A stretch of 64,000 nt of DNA, taken from contig CAWBAT010000004.1 of NCBI GenBank assembly GCA_963786955.1, positions 448,001-512,000 of the forward strand, given 5' to 3'. The notes under the pieces were generated by a model that had not been told where the DNA came from, did no database searches, and saw only the letters and a list, made by a program, of their open reading frames with translations. The position numbers and the translations under genes were made by a program. Below are positions 36,470 to 46,053 of this stretch, piece after piece (within the stretch, counting starts at the first letter, position 1; the number at the start of each line of letters is the position of its first letter). The DNA comes from an uncultured Acidimicrobiia bacterium (GTDB taxonomy: Bacteria > Acidobacteriota > Terriglobia > Versatilivoradales > Versatilivoraceae).

Positions 36470-37465
36470 ATGCTAGTCTACGTCGCGACTTTCATACTGG
36501 CTTTTTTGCTGTCTTCTTATTTAACACCTGTGTGTCGGCAGGCAGCTTTGAAGTTTGGAATTATGGATAAGCCCGACAGCTTATTGAAGAAGCAAAAGGA
36601 ACCGGTTCCCTATCTGGGGGGGTTAGCAGTCTATCTTTCCTTTCTTCTCACGACGGCTTTGATCTATCAATATAGTCGAGAAGTATTAGGAATCTTGCTG
36701 GCAGGCGCCATTGTAGTCATCTTGGGATTGATTGATGACTTGGGCGTGTTGAGTCCAAAAATTAAATTATTGGGGCAATTTATCGCAGCAGCGGTCCTCG
36801 TCAAGGCATCGATCTATATTAAGCTTTCCATTTTTCCGCCTTGGTTTGCGATAGCTCTGACTATCCTATGGGTTATGGCCATCACCAATGCCTTGAATTT
36901 GATTGATATCATGGATGGCTTGGCATCCGGTGTGGGGGCGATTGCGGCGGTATTCTTGGTAGTGATCAATTTTCAAAGCGGTAGAGAGTTTATTGTCCCG
37001 TTATCGATCGCCCTTGTAGGAAGTCTGGTGGGATTCCTAAGATACAACTTCCGCCCGGCAAAAATCTATTTGGGAGACACGGGCAGTTTATTTATCGGGT
37101 TGATGCTGGCGGCTCTATCCATGAATGGATCCTATACGCGATTCAGTCTATTAGGAACTCTTGCGCCAATTTTCATTCTTGGGGTACCCATCTTTGATAT
37201 GCTCCTCGTCATATACCTCCGATTTCGACGTGGAAACCCAATTATGCAAGGGAGCCCGGATCATTTCGCGCTCCGACTGCGTAAATGGAGATTGAACGTC
37301 GGACAAACGGTAATCCTAAGCTACGTGGCTGCAATCACGCTTGGAGCTTTGGGCCTGCTTTTGACCCGGTTGAATTCACAGGGAGTTTGTATCATTGTTT
37401 GCGCCACATTTTTCAGTTGTTTGTCGACTGCGTATTATTTGAAGAAAATCGACATGACTCTATGA
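36470..37465 (+). CDS. WecA/TagO-like undecaprenyl-phosphate HexNAc-1-phosphate transferase (MraY family)
   Basis: PYLGGLA, GLIDD, NALNLIDIMDGLA, YLGDTGS; many TM helices. Confidence 0.92.
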   Translation: MLVYVATFILAFLLSSYLTPVCRQAALKFGIMDKPDSLLKKQKEPVPYLGGLAVYLSFLLTTALIYQYSREVLGILLAGAIVVILGLIDDLGVLSPKIKLLGQFIAAAVLVKASIYIKLSIFPPWFAIALTILWVMAITNALNLIDIMDGLASGVGAIAAVFLVVINFQSGREFIVPLSIALVGSLVGFLRYNFRPAKIYLGDTGSLFIGLMLAALSMNGSYTRFSLLGTLAPIFILGVPIFDMLLVIYLRFRRGNPIMQGSPDHFALRLRKWRLNVGQTVILSYVAAITLGALGLLLTRLNSQGVCIIVCATFFSCLSTAYYLKKIDMTL

Positions 37466-38625
37466 AAATCAAGATTGCGCGGATTATTACCCGGATGGAT
37501 CTTGGTGGCGCGCAACAAGCGGTTCTCTATCTCGGTGAACGTTTGGACCCAGCTTGTTTCGAGCAGATTGTCATCACTGGCCCGGGGGGGTTACTGCTCC
37601 CGGAATTAGAAAGGATTCGATGGATCAAGCATTATCAAGTTCCGGAATTACGACGTCATATCGGACCGTCCGGGCTTTGGTCAGACCTGCAAGCTACCAG
37701 GAAAATTCGGCGAATCCTTCAGTCCGAGAAACCTCATCTGGTCCATACCCACACTCCTAAAGCGGGCATCGTTGGAAGATGGGCCGCCTGGGCGGCCCGA
37801 ATCCCTGTGATACTGCATACTTTTCACGGATTTGGTTTCAGTGATTCCCATGGCGTCCTAAAAAGACAGCTTTATGTGGGGGTCGAGAGATTAACTGCAA
37901 AAATCACCACCCGTTTTGTCGCTGTCTCCGATCGAAACCGAATCAAAGGAGAGAATTATAAAATATTTCGAAGACAAGGCTGCTCCCTCATCCGGTCTGG
38001 AGTTGACCTCAACCTTTTTGGAAAGTCAGGGGTCTCGAAAGTCCAAAAAAAAATGGAGTTAGGCGTGGCTCCAACCGATATGATCGTAGGGACCGTGGCT
38101 TCGTTTACGCCTTCGAAGGGGCTGCATCATTTCTTACAGGCTGCCTGCAAAATTAGGAACAAGCTGCCCGGAGTCCGTTTTGTCATCGTGGGGGATGGTA
38201 GCCTACGACCGCAGTTGGAAATGTTAATCAAGCAATTCCAACTTCAAGACGCAGTGATGTTATTGGGATGGAGAAGAGACATCCCGGACCTTCTCGAGAC
38301 CTTTGATGTCTTTCTCTTGACTTCTCTTTGGGAAGGACTTCCCAGAGTTCTAGTGGAAGCGGCTCTTACCGGGGTTCCCATTGTTGCAAGCAATGTGGAT
38401 GGAGTCCCCGAAATCACGCAGGATGGGGAGAACGGCTTCCTCGTGACTCCCGGGGAGACCCAGGAGATGGCAGACCGAATCGTTTACCTGCTCGGCGACC
38501 AGACCCTCCGGACCACAATGGGGCAACGGGGCCGAACTATTGCTGAAAGTTTTTCGCTAGAAAAAATGTTAAGCGACTACTCGGCGCTCTATTTTGACTT
38601 GGTGGCGAATCCGGTGAGGGTCTAA
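37462..38625 (+). CDS. Glycosyltransferase family 4
   Basis: GGAQQ, HTHTPKAG, HTFHG, SLWEGLPRVLVEA; ATG at 37462 overlaps upstream stop. Confidence 0.93.
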   Translation: MKIKIARIITRMDLGGAQQAVLYLGERLDPACFEQIVITGPGGLLLPELERIRWIKHYQVPELRRHIGPSGLWSDLQATRKIRRILQSEKPHLVHTHTPKAGIVGRWAAWAARIPVILHTFHGFGFSDSHGVLKRQLYVGVERLTAKITTRFVAVSDRNRIKGENYKIFRRQGCSLIRSGVDLNLFGKSGVSKVQKKMELGVAPTDMIVGTVASFTPSKGLHHFLQAACKIRNKLPGVRFVIVGDGSLRPQLEMLIKQFQLQDAVMLLGWRRDIPDLLETFDVFLLTSLWEGLPRVLVEAALTGVPIVASNVDGVPEITQDGENGFLVTPGETQEMADRIVYLLGDQTLRTTMGQRGRTIAESFSLEKMLSDYSALYFDLVANPVRV

Positions 38626-38694
38626 ATAGATCCTATTTCCCGTTCGGGTTCCAGCCTGTGGTTTTCAAGGATGCTTTAAACGGAATTTTGACTT

Positions 38695-39504
38695 ATGCTA
38701 ACCGTAAAAGAAATGACTGTTACGGCCGAGAAGTCGTCCGAACAGAATAAGCCAACACTCGAGAACCTTCCCCAAATGCAACCGAAGATTGTCATCGTCA
38801 TGCCCGCCTATAATGCGGCACTGACGCTTGAAAAAACATACTATGCTATTCCAAAAGGAAGCTACGACCAGATTATCCTGGTCGACGATGCCAGCTCTGA
38901 CGACACACTGGAAGTCGCCACGAAACTGAACATCACCAGCATCCGTCACAGAAAGAATCGGGGCTATGGAGGCAATCAGAAAACCTGCTACACCATGGCA
39001 TTGAAGGAAGGTGCGGATATCGTGGTCATGTTGCACCCAGATTATCAATACGATCCCAGCATCGCCAAAGACATCGTCCAGCCTATCCTGAGGAATGAGG
39101 CGGACGTCGTACTGGCATCCAGAATGCTGGGACATCCGTTAAAAGGGGGAATGCCCTTCTACAAATATATTGCAAATCGTTTCCTTACAGGCCTGGAGAA
39201 TATTGTCCTCCGAACCCACTTTACCGAATTCCATACCGGCTATCGCGCTTACAACCGTCATGCTTTGGAGTCGGTCAATTTTGAGGCCAATTCCGAGAAT
39301 TTTGTCTTTGACAACGAAATCCTGGTTCAGTTTGTCCTTAAGAAACTGCGCTTCAAGGAGATCCCTGTTTCAACCCGCTATGCCTTTGATTCTTCTTCGG
39401 TGAGCTTCAAATCCGGTGTCATTTATGGGCTTTCCATTCTGGTGACTATTCTCAAGTACCTGCTTTTCAAATGCCGAATCATCAAGTTCAAACAATTCAA
39501 CTAG
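38695..39504 (+). CDS. Glycosyltransferase family 2, polyprenol-phosphate glycosyltransferase (DPM1-like)
   Basis: VMPAYNA, LVDDASSD, NRGYGGNQK, HPDYQYDP, EFHTGYRAY, FVFDNEIL. Confidence 0.9.
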   Translation: MLTVKEMTVTAEKSSEQNKPTLENLPQMQPKIVIVMPAYNAALTLEKTYYAIPKGSYDQIILVDDASSDDTLEVATKLNITSIRHRKNRGYGGNQKTCYTMALKEGADIVVMLHPDYQYDPSIAKDIVQPILRNEADVVLASRMLGHPLKGGMPFYKYIANRFLTGLENIVLRTHFTEFHTGYRAYNRHALESVNFEANSENFVFDNEILVQFVLKKLRFKEIPVSTRYAFDSSSVSFKSGVIYGLSILVTILKYLLFKCRIIKFKQFN

Positions 39505-39509
39505 AGAGA

Positions 39510-40451
39510 ATGAAGCTTAGCCCCTGTATCGCCTGTGATTCTCTGGAGTTCTTGGTTTCTCCAACCATACAGCCCGCCGTTCAGTTGATTCAATGTAAAC
39601 AATGCGGGATTTCTTACACTGATCCGCGACCCAATCTTACAGAACTCGAGAAACATTATTCAGCAACGTACTATGGCCCGGAAAATGTAAAGTTTCTAAA
39701 TGTCGTGGAAAGTCTGGTTGGCTGGATCACAGGGATGCGTGCCCGAAGAATTCATGAAATGGTTGCCCCTCATAGTCGGATTCTTGAGATCGGTTGCGGG
39801 AGAGGGTTGCTTCTCAAACAACTCGCCCAATTAGGACATGAATGCCACGGCTCGGAGCGTTCAGAGTTAGCTGCCCAAAGAGCTCGCAAAACCGTTGGTT
39901 TGCGGATCTACACCACCCCGCTGGCAGAGAGTGGCTTGGAACCCCGTTCTTTCGATCTGGTCATTTTGTGGCATGTGCTGGAACATTTGGAAGAGCCTGA
40001 GCAATACTTGAGTCTCATTAATCGCATGCTAAGACCCGGCGGACTCTTGCTTCTGGAAGTTCCAAATTACAGCAGCCTTCAGTCTCAATTCTCAGGAAAA
40101 CACTGGTTCCACTTGGATCTTCACCGGCACCTCACTCATTTCAGCAAGAAGGGCCTCAATGAATTACTAAGCAAATCACGATTCCAAGTTAGGGAGCAGA
40201 GCACCTTTTCGTGGGAGCAGTGTCCTTTTGGGGCATTGCAGAGCTCCTTAAACCTTTTGGGATTCTCCACAGAATTGCTTTATCGGCTGCTTAAAAGAGA
40301 AATTTCACCACCGTGGCACCAAAAAGCCCTTCAATTCCTGATAGCTGGAATGTTGGCGGTGCCGGCAACCTCGTTTTCAGTTGTGGAGGCTCTGCTGGGA
40401 AGAGGCGGGGTCCTTCGGACAGTGGCGAGGAGTCAGCCACAGATGCAGTGA
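39510..40451 (+). CDS. Class I SAM-dependent methyltransferase with N-terminal Zn motif
   Basis: CIAC...CKQC, ILEIGCGRG, WHVLEHL, EVPN. Confidence 0.9.
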   Translation: MKLSPCIACDSLEFLVSPTIQPAVQLIQCKQCGISYTDPRPNLTELEKHYSATYYGPENVKFLNVVESLVGWITGMRARRIHEMVAPHSRILEIGCGRGLLLKQLAQLGHECHGSERSELAAQRARKTVGLRIYTTPLAESGLEPRSFDLVILWHVLEHLEEPEQYLSLINRMLRPGGLLLLEVPNYSSLQSQFSGKHWFHLDLHRHLTHFSKKGLNELLSKSRFQVREQSTFSWEQCPFGALQSSLNLLGFSTELLYRLLKREISPPWHQKALQFLIAGMLAVPATSFSVVEALLGRGGVLRTVARSQPQMQ

Positions 40452-40571
40452 TTTTGTTTCCCCGATGTTTCAGTCTATCCGATTTGAAGTACGCTCCAGC
40501 GTTGATAAGGGAAAAGGAAAATGGGGACGCATGTATCACAATTCAAGGCAGCAGTTTAGAGTCGCGTAACA

Positions 40572-42515
40572 ATGGACACCTGGCAGGACCCTTCTTTCCA
40601 TGGCCTTACTTCTGCGGACAGAAACGGTATCTCTATGAGTTCGGCTCCGGAGACTCCATCTCATCTGTCCGCGCCAGGCTTCGCGGTTGCTAAACTGAAA
40701 GCATGGCTTCCCCGTCAAAGAGATCAATACGGCGGGTTGGGCGTTATCCTTTTAGCTACTTTTCTTCTATATCTCTTTTCCCTCCCAAAGGAATTCACCA
40801 ATTGGGATGATCCCGAATACATTCTAAATAACCCGCTGATCCGCTCTCTAAGCCTCACTAATCTGAATAGGATACTCACCGAGCCGTTTTTCGCAAACTA
40901 CGCTCCGGTAACCCTGCTGTCTTACGCACTCGACTACCGTTTCTTTGGTCTTAAGGCGGCTGGCTACCACATTCACAATGTCCTGCTTCACCTTGCCTGT
41001 ATCGTGACCCTTTACTTTCTGCTCCTTAAGTTAGGCCTGTCAAAACGAGTGGTTTTATTGAGTGCTTTGCTGTTTGCGGTTCATCCCGTAAACGTGGAGT
41101 CCGTCAGTTGGGCGTCCGAACGTAAGAACTTGTTGGCCACTTTTTTCTTTCTCCTCTCTTTTTATCAATACATTCGCTACCGGGAACTTGGCTCGAGGGC
41201 CCATTATTTAGGCTCCCTCCTGTTCTTTCAACTTTCGATTCTTTCTAAGGCAAGTACGGTGGTAGGCCCCCTAGTTTTCCTTCTTTATGATTATTGCTTC
41301 CATGGAAAGAAAATCAGGGAGCTCACTCTTTATGACAAGATCCCTTTTATTGCTTCAGCCGAGATCATCACCTTCTTTTCCATCAACGCCGCGGGGGCAA
41401 GATCGGCTTTGCATTCGTACCATACCGGGGGTCCATTGCTCAGTTTATTTGCGGCTGGCGATTTGTTCCGGCAATATTTTATGTTGATGTTTTGGCCCAC
41501 AGAGTTGTCGGCTCTGTATATTGCCTTGAAAGCCCCGTCTTTCCGGGATATCGGATATTGGATCCCTCTTCTCTTGTCGTTGGCAATCACGGTTGCACTT
41601 CTGTTGAAATCCAAAAGACTCCTGTTCTGGTGGGGCTTCTTCGTAATTTTTCTGATCCCGGTAATGAATATTGTCCCCTTACCGGTAATCATGGCAAACC
41701 GTTATTTGTACATTCCAGAGATTGGAATCTGGGTACTCTTGGCATCCCTTTTATTGTATGTCTTTGATGCCCTAAACAAATGGAAGCTGATTAGAGGGAC
41801 CTGCCTTGGAGTCATGGGGCTCTGGCTCGGAGTGCTCGTCTATAATGCGGTTGATCAAGCAAAGGCGTGGAAGAACACCCCGGCCCTCTGGAATGATGTC
41901 ATCGCCAAGAATTTCTATAACGAGGTCGCTCATTACAATTTGGGGCTTTATTACTACTCGAAGAAATTGGTCAACCGTGCAGGTCTGGAATACAAGATTT
42001 CGTTGGCCATTCACCCAGCCTATCATCTTTCGCTAATCGGACTCGGTGGGTACTACATTGAAAAAGGGCAACTCGACAAAGCAATTGAGCGTCTTTATCA
42101 TGCAGTTAACGTCAGTCCAGATGCCGACACAGCCCTAAATAATCTCGGCTCGGTCTATGTTCGTAAAGGGGATGTGCGCCGAGCCCTTTTCATGTTCTTC
42201 AGAGCCACTTATGTTAATCCCAGGAACATTGGCTCCCAGGACAATATTGCTGTGCTTTATCTTCGGATGGGCGAAAATGACGCCGCCCTGGAAGTAGCTC
42301 AGAACATGATTCGAAAATTTCCCGAACTGCCGGACGGGTACTTTCGATCGGGCTTCTGCCATGAGGCAAAGGGCCAATACAATGAAGCTCTGACGGCTTG
42401 GGAAAAGGCCAAAACGCGGACCAATCCAGGGGAAGAGATGATGAAGCAGATTGAGGCCGTTTCAGCGGCAGTTCGCGAGAAAATGGCGACCCAGCGAGCC
42501 CAGGCTGCAAATTAA
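40572..42515 (+). CDS. TMTC-like GT-C membrane glycosyltransferase with C-terminal TPRs
   Basis: F.NWDDPEYI.NNP, HPVNVESVSW.SERK, LSK, NRYLYIP, followed by TPRs (AHYNLG, ALNNLG); exact start uncertain. Confidence 0.85.
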   Translation: MDTWQDPSFHGLTSADRNGISMSSAPETPSHLSAPGFAVAKLKAWLPRQRDQYGGLGVILLATFLLYLFSLPKEFTNWDDPEYILNNPLIRSLSLTNLNRILTEPFFANYAPVTLLSYALDYRFFGLKAAGYHIHNVLLHLACIVTLYFLLLKLGLSKRVVLLSALLFAVHPVNVESVSWASERKNLLATFFFLLSFYQYIRYRELGSRAHYLGSLLFFQLSILSKASTVVGPLVFLLYDYCFHGKKIRELTLYDKIPFIASAEIITFFSINAAGARSALHSYHTGGPLLSLFAAGDLFRQYFMLMFWPTELSALYIALKAPSFRDIGYWIPLLLSLAITVALLLKSKRLLFWWGFFVIFLIPVMNIVPLPVIMANRYLYIPEIGIWVLLASLLLYVFDALNKWKLIRGTCLGVMGLWLGVLVYNAVDQAKAWKNTPALWNDVIAKNFYNEVAHYNLGLYYYSKKLVNRAGLEYKISLAIHPAYHLSLIGLGGYYIEKGQLDKAIERLYHAVNVSPDADTALNNLGSVYVRKGDVRRALFMFFRATYVNPRNIGSQDNIAVLYLRMGENDAALEVAQNMIRKFPELPDGYFRSGFCHEAKGQYNEALTAWEKAKTRTNPGEEMMKQIEAVSAAVREKMATQRAQAAN

Positions 42516-42596
42516 GGAACGATCCCGACAATAATCTGCCACAATTTGGAACCCATTGAAAGCCCCCGGAGACATCGATTCGAGAGGTAGAATTTC

Positions 42597-44510
42597 ATGC
42601 TCAGCCGCTCCCAGCCACCCCCCTCTGGAGCGAAGCCGGTAGAAGACCGGCTGGGTCAGAAAGAGAAGTCATTCGATCCAGGGCAGAGATCAATTGGTTT
42701 TGAGGTTTCAAGAAACAGAGCGCAAGCCTGGATCTTTATGCTGCTCCTCTTTGCTCTTTCGGCAAACCTCTTTTATCCCGGTGAAATCTTCTTTCAGTCC
42801 AAATATCTGCTGATCAGTGTTGCCCTGCTGGCCGCGCTCTTAGTCTGCATTTGCGAACTCCGCTCCCCCACATATGATGAAATTGAGAAGTATCTCCTCA
42901 TTTCCTTTTTGCCGTTCCTGGCTATTCTTCCTTCCTTTTATTCGACGATCAATGCGCACCGCTCTTTAGAACTTTTTGGGTTGTTTTTCGGCTTTGCTTG
43001 TCTCTTTTTTTATCTGAACGTAGCCATTCCCTCACGATTACAAATATTGCAGGCCATCTTTTTTTTGTGTCTCGTTGCATTCGCGGTCAATCTATATTGC
43101 ATTTATCAATACTTTATTGGCTTGTCGAAACTCAAGAGTTTATTGGCCCATACCGAGTCAATGGATCCAGGTTTCAAGTCAGCGCTTTTGACTCGTGTTT
43201 CATCCGGGCGAGTCTTTGGAAACTTTGCCCTTCCCAATTCCCTGGCGGGGTTTGTCTGTATGATGCTACCTCTGCAATTGTTTCTGGCATACTCAGCCTG
43301 TTCATCATCCAACCCTGTCTGTACTGCGGAGTGGCGGAATTCCGAAGTCCTCTTAAAGAAAATTTCTCAAAATCCATTCATTCGGTTCGCCCTCATACTT
43401 CAAGTTGCATTAGGCCTAGTCGTTCTGATTCTGACCCAGTCATTCGGAGGGTGGCTTTGTCTCCTAGTCTCTCTTGCGTTCCTAAGTCGTTACTGGATCA
43501 AACAACAGAAAATATCCCTTCGCGCAGTACTTCTCCCGTTGATCGTTACCTCATTGGCGATTGGAACTTGGATCTTCTGGGTCTCAAAGCGTCGTGGATT
43601 TGGTTTGCTGAACTTCTCTATTTATGAAAACCCCATTACTCTGCGGTGGCTCAATTTTAAAGTGGCGCTGTCGATATTTCGTGATTTTCCGTGGAGCGGA
43701 GTAGGTCTTGAAAATTACGGGACGATCAATCCTGTTTATCAACAATCGGTTGTAAACGTCACTCAATACACTCACAACACCTTTCTCCAACTTCTTTCAG
43801 AATGTGGGATCCCTTTCTTGGTGTTTAGCCTAATCGTTGCAATTCTTCTCGTCCGGGATTGGCTTCGTTTGAGGCGAGCGAAACAATCGGATCCCGAACA
43901 ACCTGGTCTGTTGCAAATCAGTCTGCTTGTTTCACTTTCGGCCTGGTTGGTTCATAATCTAATTGATATCAACCTATACTTCCCTTCCCTCGGTGGTCTT
44001 GGCATCTTTCTCTTAGCCCTGTATCTCTTGCAGGCCCGGACTGGCAGAAGAATCACTGCTGGTAATTCTAGATTCCCTTCTGTTTTCACCCGAGCCCTTC
44101 TCCTCGCCTTATTCGTCTCAATCATTATCCTGGGAATCTATACTGTCAAAAGCTATTACACGCAAACACTCGCAACGCGGGCAATCGAATACGCAGAGGC
44201 TCATGATTTTCCGAAAGCGGAAGCTTTGTTGGAACGGGCAATTCGCCTTCAAAAGCGAGACGGCAGTCTCATTTTTCTTTACTCGAACCTCATACTCAGG
44301 AACAGCTTAGAAAAAGGTAACCTGAATCAAGCGACATTGCTCAATTTGAAGAAGAACTACCGACAAGCTACTGAATTAGATCCCTATAATTCGGAATATC
44401 ATTTTCAACTCAGCAGGATCCTGACAGCACTTGGTGAAAGCGAACCATCAATTGCGGAGAAGCGGCGAGCTCAGACATTGTCTCCTGGGGAGCCAAGATA
44501 TCAGCATTGA
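42597..44510 (+). CDS. O-antigen ligase-like (Wzy_C) protein, candidate pilin O-oligosaccharyltransferase, C-terminal TPR
   Basis: RVFGNFALPNSLAGF, PWSGVGLENY, HNTFLQLLSECG; multi-TM; directly upstream of pilins. Confidence 0.85.
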   Translation: MLSRSQPPPSGAKPVEDRLGQKEKSFDPGQRSIGFEVSRNRAQAWIFMLLLFALSANLFYPGEIFFQSKYLLISVALLAALLVCICELRSPTYDEIEKYLLISFLPFLAILPSFYSTINAHRSLELFGLFFGFACLFFYLNVAIPSRLQILQAIFFLCLVAFAVNLYCIYQYFIGLSKLKSLLAHTESMDPGFKSALLTRVSSGRVFGNFALPNSLAGFVCMMLPLQLFLAYSACSSSNPVCTAEWRNSEVLLKKISQNPFIRFALILQVALGLVVLILTQSFGGWLCLLVSLAFLSRYWIKQQKISLRAVLLPLIVTSLAIGTWIFWVSKRRGFGLLNFSIYENPITLRWLNFKVALSIFRDFPWSGVGLENYGTINPVYQQSVVNVTQYTHNTFLQLLSECGIPFLVFSLIVAILLVRDWLRLRRAKQSDPEQPGLLQISLLVSLSAWLVHNLIDINLYFPSLGGLGIFLLALYLLQARTGRRITAGNSRFPSVFTRALLLALFVSIIILGIYTVKSYYTQTLATRAIEYAEAHDFPKAEALLERAIRLQKRDGSLIFLYSNLILRNSLEKGNLNQATLLNLKKNYRQATELDPYNSEYHFQLSRILTALGESEPSIAEKRRAQTLSPGEPRYQH

Positions 44511-44558
44511 ACTCACCGCCCTACCCAGTGAAAGCAACAAAAAACTGTAGTTATTGAT

Positions 44559-44728
44559 TGACAAAATTCGTCAGCCCGGTGACTTTGTTCCAAAAATCGT
44601 TCGGACACCTCCCAATTAGAGCTAATTTTATCGTTGGCTTAAGTCTATAAAAATAAATAGATTAGCTTAGACTTAAGATCTTTATGGCGACAATTCAAAG
44701 AAAAAATTGAAATCGGCACTCCATCTGC
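44559..44728 (+). promoter_or_regulatory. Putative sigma54 promoter region of pilin genes (activator site, IHF-like site, -24/-12)
   Basis: GG-N10-GC (cGGCACtccatCTGC, 44715-44728); AATAAATAGATTA (44652-44664), one mismatch to IHF WATCAANNNNTTR; palindrome TGAC-N7-GTCA (44559-44573). Confidence 0.65.
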
Positions 44729-44810
44729 CTAATGGTCCATTGAAGCGGAGACGATAAAAATGATTGGCTTTACAACATCGAAACCAAATCAAGTTAAGGG
44801 ATTAAACAAG

Positions 44811-45287
44811 ATGAATGCCATCCAACCCATCCAGAAAGTCGGGCACTCAAGCAAGTCCCGAGGATTTTCCTTGATCGAACTGTTGATCGCGATGGGCTTG
44901 ATTCTCATTATGGCAGCTATCGCCATCCCGAATTATCTGGCTGCGCTTTCAAGAGCAAATGAAGCCTCGGCATCGTCGTCGGTGAGAGCCGTCATCAGCG
45001 CGGAAAATCTATACAGAAATACTTACGGGACTTTCACAAACCTCCAGGATCTGGGCAGTGATTATTTGACTGACAATCGCTTAGCAGTTGGAAGCAAGAG
45101 CGGCTACAGGTTCAATGCAACACCAGGTTCCGGGAATTCTGCCGGACTGCAATTCACGATTGATGGAACGCCGGCCTTATCGATAGGTCCTTCAGCCACC
45201 GGGTTTAGGCATTACTACGCGGATCAATCTGCAGTGATTCGTTTTAGTTTGACAGGGGCGGCCGACTCATCGAGCCCGCCCATTTAG
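44811..45287 (+). CDS. Type IV pilin (divergent copy 1)
   Basis: Class III signal KSRG|FSLIELL, hydrophobic helix ending AIAIPN; homologous to downstream pilins (KSGY.F.ATPG). Confidence 0.9.
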   Translation: MNAIQPIQKVGHSSKSRGFSLIELLIAMGLILIMAAIAIPNYLAALSRANEASASSSVRAVISAENLYRNTYGTFTNLQDLGSDYLTDNRLAVGSKSGYRFNATPGSGNSAGLQFTIDGTPALSIGPSATGFRHYYADQSAVIRFSLTGAADSSSPPI

Positions 45288-45350
45288 TGAGCCCATTTCT
45301 TGCGCATCGTGTCCCATTCCAATAACCCAATAAAAAAAGGAGAATTAGAA

Positions 45351-45797
45351 ATGAAGAATAAGAAGAACAAGGGGTTTTCGTTGATCGAGTTGTTAATCGT
45401 TGTGGCAATCATTTTGATCATTGCCGCTATTGCTATCCCGAACCTGTTGAGGGCCAGACGCTCGGCCAACGAAGGATCGGCGACAGCTTCCATGCGAACA
45501 CTGGGTAGTGGTGAACTACTCTATCGTTCCACCAACGGCAACTTCACCAGCCTGACTGGTCTTTCCGGCGACAGCATTATCGATAACGTGCTGGGAAGCG
45601 GAACCAAGAGCGGCTATGTTTTCGCTGCGACTCCGGGGACTTCCACCGACTTACAGTTCACGTCGACCGGGTCTCCGTCGGTTTCGACCGGCGCAACCCA
45701 AACCGGTGCCCGTTTCTTCTTCGTTGACGAGACCCAGGTGGTCCGCTTCAACATCGGCGCAGCCGCTACCTCAGCTTCAGGAGCCATTGGGAACTAG
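45351..45797 (+). CDS. pilA: Type IV pilin, probable major pilin (copy 2)
   Basis: MKNKKNKG|FSLIELLIVVAIILIIAAIAIPNLL; RBS AAGGAG. Confidence 0.92.
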   Translation: MKNKKNKGFSLIELLIVVAIILIIAAIAIPNLLRARRSANEGSATASMRTLGSGELLYRSTNGNFTSLTGLSGDSIIDNVLGSGTKSGYVFAATPGTSTDLQFTSTGSPSVSTGATQTGARFFFVDETQVVRFNIGAAATSASGAIGN

Positions 45798-45826
45798 TTC
45801 TAGTCTTTTTGCTAGGCCTGCTGTCT

Positions 45827-45860
45827 CGGGTGGGAGTCTTCTCCCACCCGTTCTCTTTTT
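45827..45860 (+). terminator. Intrinsic terminator after pilin copy 2
   Basis: Perfect 10-bp stem CGGGTGGGAG-tctt-CTCCCACCCG then TTCTCTTTTT. Confidence 0.85.
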
Positions 45861-46053
45861 CTCTTCAAATCTGACTCCGTGTTCATCGGGCCCGGTAAAA
45901 GGAAAGTTTTCCCAATGATTGCGGAAAGAGTACAATGGTATGAATTAACGAAAGCTCACGCTATCATTCATGCCATTCAAAGGGTGGGGACAACTAGTAA
46001 GGACATTTAGATTACAAGTCTGTCAATAAACTTACCCAAAAGGGGGAAATAGA

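Noticed and set aside
44587-44602. LexA box (GTTC-N7-GTTC type) in the pilin promoter
   Set aside because: Spacing is N8; no such box was seen in the spacer upstream of recA either
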